A stretch of 64,000 nucleotides of DNA from an uncultured Candidatus Binatia bacterium. Its GTDB lineage: Bacteria > Desulfobacterota > Binatia > Bin18. The DNA is taken from contig OZ241744.1 in assembly GCA_965200965.1 (NCBI GenBank), positions 224,001-288,000 of the forward strand. Direction: 5' to 3'. This document shows, piece by piece, positions 30,676 to 39,242 of the stretch. A program made the position numbers and the translations under genes. Each line of letters starts with the position of its first letter. Positions within the stretch are counted from its first letter, which is position 1. The notes beneath the pieces are model-generated. The model saw only the letters and a list, made by a program, of their open reading frames with translations. It was not told the DNA's origin and made no database searches.

Positions 30676-33128
30676 CGTCCTGACTCCCGCAGGATATGCA
30701 GCCACGGCCCCGGGCCGACGTGCCGGCGTTCGTCCGGCATGAGAGCAAGCAGGTCCTCAACCCGGGCCAGTGGAGGCGGACCGAACAGGCGAGAGGCGAG
30801 CCGTTTGTCGGCATCCTGAATCGCCTCATACGCCTCCCGAATCTGGGCAAAGCCCCGCGGGTCTCGGTCCGGCGGAGAGCGTCTGAGCGCACGGAGATAG
30901 GCTGCCCGAACGGTCTCATCGTCGGCGCTGTCTTCAATATCGAGAACGGTAAAAGGGCTGAGCAGAGGCGTACTTTCCAGCGCAAGCGGGGAGAAAGCCC
31001 AAGGCAGGGCCTGGTGTGGCGCGGCCGGCTTGTGGGTGAACATCTGGCCGGGTCGGTGGGCCTGCAAGCACGGCGGCCTCGGGTGGCGGCGTTCGACCTC
31101 AAGCGTCAGGTCTATTTGCGCTTGGCTGGGCGGCCGCTTATCGTGCCGGCCGCCGGGTGCCAAGGCACCCAGGGCCAGTGCGGCCTGGCCGGCCACCTCC
31201 CCGTCCTGGGCTTGGCTGGCCAGCTCACGCGCCGCCCGCAGGCAGTTACGCGCGCGGCTTTGGTGAGGCTGGGCGAGCGAACCGCTCAGGCTTTGGCCGC
31301 GGGTCAGCAGAAAATGGCGCAGGTGAGGTTCTGGGGAGTCCAGCCCGTGACCGGCAGCGATATAGGTCAGGGCTGGCCGGCCGATGGCCAAGCCGCCGTA
31401 ACACAGGGCGTGCAGCTGAGCCACTGAGGCCCTATCCAGGTTTTTTTCAACTTGGCTGACAAAGCTGTCGGGTACGGCTAGTCGACGCTCCAACGCGCCA
31501 AACAGGGCGCAGACCCGCGCCAGCCCCTCGACCGCCTGTGGGGGCGAGACCCTGGCTGAGCACTGGGGCCGAGACACTTGGGTAATCTCACTCACCGCGG
31601 CGAGGATCAGGGCGTGCAGGGCCGGATTATTCACCGCGCCGGCTAGGGTTCGGGCCAGCGCTTGGGCGGCAGCGGTATCAGCCCTCTTGTGGGCCAGCGC
31701 CCAGTTGAGGGCCAGCAGATAGGCTCTGATATCGCCGTCGTTGGCCCGTGGCTCTTGGGCCAAGCGTTCCAGATCGGCTAGGGCCAGCCCGGATTTAGCG
31801 TCCTGAATCCGCCGCTCGGCGCTGGATAACAGGAGCCGAAACCGGCTGTGCTGCAGCTGGGGGTGGAGGCGATTGAGGGCTTCCGCTTTAGCCACAAAAC
31901 CGAGCGCTTTGCGGAGCGCGCCCCGCTTTTCCGCGGCCGCAATCAGGTAGAGCAGGGGCTCAAGGTCGTGCGGATAGGCGGCGTGCCAGACCTCGGCTTC
32001 GGCCTCGGCCCGCCTGCCGTCGCGCCGCTCGTAGTAGGCGAGCAGGGCACGAAAGACGCACGCTCCGAGTTGGGGTGAAACACCCCCGACGGCCTGACGC
32101 GCACGGTCAAGCAGGCCGGCCCGATCGAAGACGGCCGGCAGTTCGCCGGCGCGGATCACCCGCCGGAGTTGCTGTTCAGAAGCCAGACCGAGATCGTCCA
32201 GCATCTGGGGCCGATCGGACGGGAACAGCTCGCTCATACGCAGCAGAATATGAACGGTTTCTGGAGCGCTGGGCAACAGCCGACCTGCGGCGTGGGCCGC
32301 GCTGAGGTAGGTGTCCCACACCAGCAGCGCTCTGTCCCACTGGCTGTGCTCAAGGCTGAGGGCGGCAAGGCGCAGCATCTCGGGGTCAATGTTGTGGCGG
32401 CTGATGAGGTCTATGAGGCCGGCTGGCAGCCCCTCATTCCGCTGCCAGTGGTGGAACACCGTCCTGATAAATGTGTATCTGTGGTCGGTAGGAAGGGTGG
32501 CCAGCCACGGCAGGAGGTGGTGCAGGGCGCTCAAGGCTTGGTCTTCGTTGTGAGCGCTCAGCGCTTGGCCGAGCTGTCTGAGTTGACTGCGTCGGGCATG
32601 ATTGCCGGCGCTGACTCGCTCCAACAGGGCCGCTCGATGAGCACCGGGGTCGGGAACTCCTGCCTCAGCCGGGAACTCCGTTTTCCCCAGCAAGGCGCGC
32701 AGGATAGGGACCAAACGGCCCGGACCGGAATCGGCCGGTATACGCGCCAGATTGGCTTCGGCCAGCTGATCGGCGCGTCGATAGAACGCGTCAAGCGCGC
32801 GGATGAGTAACTTCCAGGGTGCCAGTGGGGATTGGCGCGGAATAGTGTCCAGGCAGGCCAGGGTGCCTGTCGGCAGCGGAGCGGTGGTGACAGCCCTGAA
32901 CATCTGCCGAACGGTCCCTGCCTGGCGTCTCAGCGGGTGCTCAGCCGGCAGGTCGGCTAACTGGCCCGGGTCGGTCAGCCGGTATTGGATACGGGCTTCC
33001 AGTTCACGGCGGCGGTCTGCCCGGGCGCTTGCCATCTGGCTGATCAGTGTGCTGAGGTCACGACTCGTGCGCCGGGCGAGCGGGGTCACAGGCTCACCAC
33101 AGCCAGTGCGTCTTTTTCGTTTGGCCAT
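30672..33128 (-). CDS. Large helical/TPR-like protein with C-terminal atypical J-domain
   Basis: Long Ala/Leu/Arg-rich helical body; C-terminal PFTVLDI...VRAAYLRALRRSPPDRDP..F..IREAYE. Confidence 0.72.
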   Translation of the reverse strand: MAKRKRRTGCGEPVTPLARRTSRDLSTLISQMASARADRRRELEARIQYRLTDPGQLADLPAEHPLRRQAGTVRQMFRAVTTAPLPTGTLACLDTIPRQSPLAPWKLLIRALDAFYRRADQLAEANLARIPADSGPGRLVPILRALLGKTEFPAEAGVPDPGAHRAALLERVSAGNHARRSQLRQLGQALSAHNEDQALSALHHLLPWLATLPTDHRYTFIRTVFHHWQRNEGLPAGLIDLISRHNIDPEMLRLAALSLEHSQWDRALLVWDTYLSAAHAAGRLLPSAPETVHILLRMSELFPSDRPQMLDDLGLASEQQLRRVIRAGELPAVFDRAGLLDRARQAVGGVSPQLGACVFRALLAYYERRDGRRAEAEAEVWHAAYPHDLEPLLYLIAAAEKRGALRKALGFVAKAEALNRLHPQLQHSRFRLLLSSAERRIQDAKSGLALADLERLAQEPRANDGDIRAYLLALNWALAHKRADTAAAQALARTLAGAVNNPALHALILAAVSEITQVSRPQCSARVSPPQAVEGLARVCALFGALERRLAVPDSFVSQVEKNLDRASVAQLHALCYGGLAIGRPALTYIAAGHGLDSPEPHLRHFLLTRGQSLSGSLAQPHQSRARNCLRAARELASQAQDGEVAGQAALALGALAPGGRHDKRPPSQAQIDLTLEVERRHPRPPCLQAHRPGQMFTHKPAAPHQALPWAFSPLALESTPLLSPFTVLDIEDSADDETVRAAYLRALRRSPPDRDPRGFAQIREAYEAIQDADKRLASRLFGPPPLARVEDLLALMPDERRHVGPGPWLHILRESGR

Positions 33129-33342
33129 GAAGCAATTCTTTAGCCGGTCCCCCGGCCTGGGTGCAAGATGAATGAGGAATATGGTGGTGGCGGTCATTGG
33201 CTTTGCCTACTGGTGGGACCGGCGGACCGTCATCTGGGAAGCGCGGCGGGAAGCGATTGAGTTTATAGAGAAAGAGGGCGTGTTGCGGCGTCTGCTTGAC
33301 GCCGGCCCAGGAAGACCCGCGGCTGGCCACTGCGCTCAAGCA

Positions 33343-34476
33343 CTATAATCTGCGCTGAGACGAAACCGCCTGGCGGGCGGCGGAGAGCGTGGCTACGACA
33401 TAGCCCTGCTGATCCTCGGTCAGTTCTGGATAGATGGGCAGGGCCAGAGATTCCCGAGCGGCCGCCTCAGCCTGTGGAAAATCACCTTCTCGATAGCCCA
33501 GCCGGGCAAAACACGCCTGGAGATGGAGCGGCCGTGGGTAATACACCGCGCTTGCTACCCCGTGGTGGTGTAAGAAGTGGCGCACCCGGTCGCGCTGCGG
33601 CAGCCGAATCGTAAATTGATGATAGGTATGACCGGGCACGTCCCGGGGCGTGGTGAGCCAGTCCAGGAGTCCCGCGGCCTCAAACAGCCGCCGATACCGG
33701 GCGGCATGGGCCCGCCGCTTGGCCGTCCAGGCCGCCACATAGGGCAGCTTCACCCGCAGGACCGCCGCCTGCAAGGCGTCCAGCCGGAAATTTCCACCAA
33801 GCACGGTGTAGTCGTCTTTCTGAGTGCTGCCGTGGACGCGCAGGCTGCGCAGGCTGTCGGCCAGCCGTCTATCATCGGTGACAACCATACCGCCGTCGCC
33901 AAAGGCACCTAGATTTTTGCTCGGAAAAAACGAAAAACAGCCCATTGCAGTATCCGTTCCAACGGGCCGGCCGTGTGGGTCGGTGGCACCGATGGCCTGA
34001 GCAGCGTCCTCGATAATTGGAATGTTGCGCGCGGCTGCCAGCCGCGCCATATCTTTTAGATCGACACACCGACCGTATAAGTGGACCGGGATGATCGCTT
34101 TTGTCCTGGCGCTGAGTGTAGCCGGGACCGCGCTGGGGTCGATATTGAAGGTCTGGGGGTCAATATCGACAAAGACCGGGCGGGCACCGAGCCGAGCGAT
34201 GACGCCGGCGGTGGCAAAAAACGAATACGGTGTTGTCACCACCTCGTCGCCCACTCTGACATCGAGCGCCATCAGGCCGGCCAGCAGGGCGTCGGTACCC
34301 GAAGACACGCCAACCCCAAAGCGGACCCCGCACAGGCCGGCTACATCCGCCTCCAGCGCCTCTACCTCTGGACCAAGGATAAAATGCTGCGCCTCACATA
34401 CCCGGTCAATCGCTGCCTGGATTTCAGACGCGATACCCGCGTACTGGGCTTTGAGGTCTACGAGTGGAATCTTCAC
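33343..34476 (-). CDS. DegT/DnrJ/EryC1/StrS-family sugar aminotransferase
   Basis: SSGTDAL, PVHLYG, EDAAQA, SFFPSKNLG (PLP lysine), GDGG, RLDALQAA, SLALP. Confidence 0.95.
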   Translation of the reverse strand: MKIPLVDLKAQYAGIASEIQAAIDRVCEAQHFILGPEVEALEADVAGLCGVRFGVGVSSGTDALLAGLMALDVRVGDEVVTTPYSFFATAGVIARLGARPVFVDIDPQTFNIDPSAVPATLSARTKAIIPVHLYGRCVDLKDMARLAAARNIPIIEDAAQAIGATDPHGRPVGTDTAMGCFSFFPSKNLGAFGDGGMVVTDDRRLADSLRSLRVHGSTQKDDYTVLGGNFRLDALQAAVLRVKLPYVAAWTAKRRAHAARYRRLFEAAGLLDWLTTPRDVPGHTYHQFTIRLPQRDRVRHFLHHHGVASAVYYPRPLHLQACFARLGYREGDFPQAEAAARESLALPIYPELTEDQQGYVVATLSAARQAVSSQRRL

Positions 34477-34509
34477 GGGGCGCTGCCGATCTTTTCTTCA
34501 GATAGGGGC

Positions 34510-35796
34510 TCAGGCTGGCGAGCTGACTGTGATCCTCTGTCGAAGCCGGCCTATCTCGCGCCAGAGCCTTTCAAAATCCCGGAGTGTGATTGGGCGGTAA
34601 TGGGCGAGTGTATTCCGAATCTCGCGTGTCAATTCCGCTGGCTGTAGTAGGGGTCGTTCCCTACGAAGAGAGCCACAGTTCCTGAAGAGGTGGACGAGAT
34701 GGCCCCATTGGCAGGCGAATGGACTGTCTCGGACTGCATCAGCTTCCTCCGCAATGTCTGGCGGACACCACCGCAACGGCCAGTCTTCCCCATACTGCTG
34801 ACTGAGATGGCGACAGATAGAAATCCTTATATCGTCAATCAAAGGAAGCGCGAGATTTGTTTGTCCACGCCACAAGCGGTGCTGCAAGTCTTCAGCGCGT
34901 CCCAACAGGGCCAGAGCGGCGGCGTGCAGCTCGGGGCCATATTCCGGCGTCCAATTGAGAACGCCGTGCGCCCACAATTGATGCCAACGGGACGGGGGGA
35001 GGTGAGGAGAATGTATGCCGGTGAGAGTGGGCAGAAAATCTTCAATGTCCCACGCTTGCAAGATGTCTGGTGTCCAGCCACGCTGTTCCCCGAATGCCTG
35101 CAAAAGAGGAAGAAGCTGCTCGCAGTCAAGGTGGAGACAGTCCCATAGATATTCAGCTAGAGCGATGTCGTTTCCCGTGATAGCCGGGACGAGATGTTCC
35201 CGCCAGCGGTGGAGAGGGGAGCATTGGCTGTCCGCGTTTTCCGAACGGCACAGTATCTGTATTTCCAAAGCTGAGGGAAGTCCCCACCAGTAATGTACCG
35301 AGAGATGGAGGTCGCTTTCAGGAACTCGGTCGGGGAGGGCAGGTCCCGGGGTGAAGATACTTAGGGCTGGAGGGTCAAAATTGCGATCAGAGAGACTTTT
35401 ACTGGTCTGTGTCCAGTCAAGGACAAACTTCACCCAAGTCTTTCGGTCAGGTTCGGGCAACTCTTCAAATCCTTTCAGATGGATTATCTGGGGCAAGTCC
35501 CCGGAAATCATCAGGTTTGCAACACTTCGGGGGCTTGAGGCTTCTGGCCATTGGACATCAAGCGCTTCGCCAAGAGCTATGACCGGACGCTCCTTGCTTG
35601 GCAGCTCCGGGAGCACAATTTCTTCAACATAGAAATCTTGCCGGAACAAGCGCCCTTCCAATGCGGGCCATAGGTCTATGGGTTCTGCCCCTGTTGGAAA
35701 GAGCACCAAGTGACTGCGCCTTGTAGAGAGGTCGTCAAACAGGGCATCCACAAACCGCTGAACGCTTGGTGCGTGCATAAGCGTATCTGTCAACAT
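34510..35796 (-). CDS. Hypothetical partner of the STAND-like ATPase, with C-terminal HEPN-like motif
   Basis: Starts 4 bp after the ATPase stop; IRNTLAH matches the R-x4-H pattern near the C-terminus. Confidence 0.65.
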   Translation of the reverse strand: MLTDTLMHAPSVQRFVDALFDDLSTRRSHLVLFPTGAEPIDLWPALEGRLFRQDFYVEEIVLPELPSKERPVIALGEALDVQWPEASSPRSVANLMISGDLPQIIHLKGFEELPEPDRKTWVKFVLDWTQTSKSLSDRNFDPPALSIFTPGPALPDRVPESDLHLSVHYWWGLPSALEIQILCRSENADSQCSPLHRWREHLVPAITGNDIALAEYLWDCLHLDCEQLLPLLQAFGEQRGWTPDILQAWDIEDFLPTLTGIHSPHLPPSRWHQLWAHGVLNWTPEYGPELHAAALALLGRAEDLQHRLWRGQTNLALPLIDDIRISICRHLSQQYGEDWPLRWCPPDIAEEADAVRDSPFACQWGHLVHLFRNCGSLRRERPLLQPAELTREIRNTLAHYRPITLRDFERLWREIGRLRQRITVSSPA

Positions 35797-35800
35797 GCGC

Positions 35801-38800
35801 TCAGAGGAAACGGAGGAGAGTTGGTTCGACAGAGAGCTGGCCGTCCTGCCGCTCAATGCAGCCGAGCCGTTGCAGGTATTCGATTGCAGTATCGCATTTG
35901 TCGGATGAGAGAACGGCAAGGCCATCGCTGTCTTGAATGTCTTGTGGATCAATCAACTCAACCGGAACTTCCGGCCCGTTTTTTTCGATGAATTTGAGAA
36001 TCCGACGCGCAGTGTCGTGAAGTCCCAAAGAGTTCCTGAATGTCCGAGAAAGTTCCGAAGACGGCTCTTCGAGCTCTTCGCTAATGGTCTCCGCAGCAGG
36101 GCGAGGATCGTCCTGGGTGCCGCAGCGCTCGAACAGAACATCTAAAAGATATGGCCAGCCGCCGGTGTTCTCCAAGACGGCGCGACACACATCGTCTGAG
36201 TCCATTTTCCTCTGTTGGTCTAAGCGTTGACGCAGGCCTGAGAGATTCCAGCGTCGGGGAAAGGTGACCACATCGACCTGATCCTCAATATCCCGGCGCT
36301 GCTGGCCTGGCAGAGAAAGCCAGTTCCAGGCCGCCCCTGGGTCAAAGATGAAGAGGAGGCGCAGCCAGCGTTTTTTGCTGCGCTGGTGAGCTTGACAGGC
36401 TTTATGAGCGGCTCTTACGCTCTCGAACAGAGCGGTGTTCGTTCCTCGAAAAGAACCGTATAAGATCAACCGCTCATGGTTTTTGTGGGAGGCTAAATAT
36501 TCCCTGATCCATTTTTCCAGCCTGGCGCTATCGAGCTCTGTTGGAGGGATTTCTTGACAGACCCCCTTAGCCTCCGGCAGCTCGGCCGGGATAAAGCTAC
36601 GGAAGGCCGCCTCGATATGAGCTAGCCCGAGAGTTTCAGAGGCAAAGACTAGACCAACACCAAAGCGAGCCGCGTTCAAACTGCGTCCCTGAGCGTAGGT
36701 TAAGGGACTATAATCTCGTCCCTGATTGTCGAGCAGGGCGTGGTGGCTATCGGCGTCAAACCGCTGCTCTGGTTCCTTCTCCGACAGGGCTAACAAGTGG
36801 TCTTCAATATCGGTTTCCGTACCAACGAGGCGCACGAGATTCGGACTGCGTAACCGATAGGAACCAGTGGCGTATCGGACCAGAACGCCTAACCCTGTCA
36901 TCTCATCCAAAAGACCTCTGAGTTGGTCGGAATCGACCTTGTTGAACCCTTTGGGCCACCAGTCCCGCACCAGTGCTGACAGGTCTGCCGGAGTGTAGGC
37001 TTGAGCATAGCCGTCCGATTGTTCAGTTTGGTCAAGAATCATAGCCCAAACTATTGCCTGATAGCGTGAATCAAGGGCCAGAGTCCATTCGAACCGTTCT
37101 CGGATTCTATCGCGCACCTGCGGTAGCAGATAGACTCGCTCCACATTGCTTTGGGCAATAGGATAGGGCGGGGACATACCCTGTTTCCGTAAGCGTTTGA
37201 GGAGTTCATCGCAGAAGAGTTGGATGAGGCCCGGATGATAGTTGGTGTAGGACAAAATCCGTAGGACCGTTCCAGGGGTGTCAAACCGATAGCCAAGAAC
37301 TTCAAGTGGCTCACGAATAAGCTGTTGAGCGACGGTCGGTTCCAAAGGGCCGACTAGCAGTGGGGTGCCGAAGTGAGCAAGGGGCTGATTGGGGATGCCT
37401 TGGAAGCGTTGGACGTTGTGCAGACCAGCAAAAACTACCTTGAAACGCCTGTCCGTGGCCTGCATAAGAGCTCGCAGACCTTCCACAACCTGGAAGCCAC
37501 CCTTGGCGTCAGCATCCAGAAAATTATCGGCTTCATCAAAGAGCATCAGGACCAGCCGTTCGGCCTTTGCTGCTATCGCCTCCCGAGCATGACGCTGCAC
37601 TTCTTCCGGTTTGTCCGTGGTAATTGCGCGTGGCAAAAGCTTGAGTTCCTTCAAGCCGTCCCGAACCTGTCCCCATAGGGTTTCTGGGGCAACTGAGTCC
37701 CCGATCAGCTTGATGTCTTCAACCCAGGCGTACCGCTGTCGTTCAGGATGGTGAAATTCACGGCGGACATGCTGCAAAAGGGCTGATTTGCCGAGTTGTC
37801 TGCCACCGTAAACAAGGCAGCTTCCAGAAGGCCGTTGCAGTTCCCGCACCATTGGACTACGGCCAAAAAACATTTCTGGTGGCACATTTCCGGCCTGGAA
37901 GGGTGTGTAGGGATTGACGGCGGAGAAGGGCAGCGTACACCGTAGAAAAACAGGCAAACGGGCATCGCGTTCTTGGGCCAGAAACACGAGCAGTATTTCG
38001 TCTAGGACAGCAACAGTGAGGTCCTCACTGCGAACTCTCCGGCTATAATCGCGTCGCTGACGCTCGGTCAAGCGACCCAGATAGAAAACAAGGACACTGT
38101 GGGTATCGAGGCGCAAGTCTCGCAACCAGGCACTTATTGTGTCAGCACCTGGCCTTTCCCATACACATACAATATCGTAGCGTCCGCTGGTTTGTGAGCC
38201 AAATTGAGGGATGGGTTTGGTCAGACCGCTGGCCGACATCCGAGCTTGAATATGCACCCATTCCGCGCCTCGTTGGATGTCGTCAAGAGATGGATCAGGT
38301 TCGAGACGAAAGCCCAGATATCGAAGCAAAACGGGAAGATTTTCCGAAATTCTTGGACCTCTGACTCTTCCTTGTTTCAAATCGGTCCAAGCTTTAATGG
38401 CTTGGATTGCCTCGTCACGGCGTCTTTCTGGCGTCTCACCAAATTTGATGCCCGCGATAGAGGAGCCACGCTTGATGTTTCTGCCAACCAGCCGCAGATT
38501 CATCCCTTGCCCTTGCAATGAGTCTACAAGCTGTGGCACAGCCTCAAGAAACTCCTGCAACGCATCACGACTCGACGGAGGAGAAAACAACTCTTCGTCA
38601 AGCTCTCCGCCCCCCTCAACAACTTCTGTGAGATGCGCCACACATTCCTCAGCAACCCTGGTCTCCCGACGGTCCAGACTGGATTGAACAAATTTCCCGA
38701 TATCTTCCAACTTGGCCGAATCAATCCGGTTGGCGAGGCGTGGCTTGAGCTCATCCCATTCTTTCTGGAATTCTTTCAGCCGCACATGACCAGCTTCTTC

Positions 38801-39061
38801 CAACTGCTTATTGATCCGTTTGAGTTGGTCGTGCTTTGGTCCGAAGTGTGGAATTGTATTGGCCTTCAGCGCTTCAATGATCCCTTCATACTCGGATCGC
38901 TCTCCCGCACTTATTCCGTCAACCTCAGCGTGTTCAATTGCGGCTCTGGTCTCTGATATAGCTGTCCGCAGCCCTTCCTGTGAGCCTTCTAATGCCTCCT
39001 GATATGCCTGACGTTTTACGGAATGATCGGGTTCATCAAAGGCGTCCAGCATTGTTTCCAC
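35801..39061 (-). CDS. STAND-like P-loop ATPase, 3' part of a large frameshifted gene
   Basis: NPY...MFFGR, GGRQLGKS Walker A, LMLFDEAD Walker B, TNYHPGLIQ; frame stays open upstream to about 39320. Confidence 0.85.
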   Translation of the reverse strand: METMLDAFDEPDHSVKRQAYQEALEGSQEGLRTAISETRAAIEHAEVDGISAGERSEYEGIIEALKANTIPHFGPKHDQLKRINKQLEEAGHVRLKEFQKEWDELKPRLANRIDSAKLEDIGKFVQSSLDRRETRVAEECVAHLTEVVEGGGELDEELFSPPSSRDALQEFLEAVPQLVDSLQGQGMNLRLVGRNIKRGSSIAGIKFGETPERRRDEAIQAIKAWTDLKQGRVRGPRISENLPVLLRYLGFRLEPDPSLDDIQRGAEWVHIQARMSASGLTKPIPQFGSQTSGRYDIVCVWERPGADTISAWLRDLRLDTHSVLVFYLGRLTERQRRDYSRRVRSEDLTVAVLDEILLVFLAQERDARLPVFLRCTLPFSAVNPYTPFQAGNVPPEMFFGRSPMVRELQRPSGSCLVYGGRQLGKSALLQHVRREFHHPERQRYAWVEDIKLIGDSVAPETLWGQVRDGLKELKLLPRAITTDKPEEVQRHAREAIAAKAERLVLMLFDEADNFLDADAKGGFQVVEGLRALMQATDRRFKVVFAGLHNVQRFQGIPNQPLAHFGTPLLVGPLEPTVAQQLIREPLEVLGYRFDTPGTVLRILSYTNYHPGLIQLFCDELLKRLRKQGMSPPYPIAQSNVERVYLLPQVRDRIRERFEWTLALDSRYQAIVWAMILDQTEQSDGYAQAYTPADLSALVRDWWPKGFNKVDSDQLRGLLDEMTGLGVLVRYATGSYRLRSPNLVRLVGTETDIEDHLLALSEKEPEQRFDADSHHALLDNQGRDYSPLTYAQGRSLNAARFGVGLVFASETLGLAHIEAAFRSFIPAELPEAKGVCQEIPPTELDSARLEKWIREYLASHKNHERLILYGSFRGTNTALFESVRAAHKACQAHQRSKKRWLRLLFIFDPGAAWNWLSLPGQQRRDIEDQVDVVTFPRRWNLSGLRQRLDQQRKMDSDDVCRAVLENTGGWPYLLDVLFERCGTQDDPRPAAETISEELEEPSSELSRTFRNSLGLHDTARRILKFIEKNGPEVPVELIDPQDIQDSDGLAVLSSDKCDTAIEYLQRLGCIERQDGQLSVEPTLLRFL

Positions 39062-39242
39062 AAAGCGATAGTCTTGTGCACCCAGCCAACTATCGAAAGC
39101 TGCCTGAAGGGAATGTTGCTCGGCGATTGCTTTGCAGAGCGTCGAAGCAACCCGGGGCAGGGCTGTGTGAGTGGGCTGTCCGCTGTCTTCCCGGGGAATT
39201 TTCGGGAGCCATAGCAGGAGCCTGCTGAGAGCGGTTGGGAGG

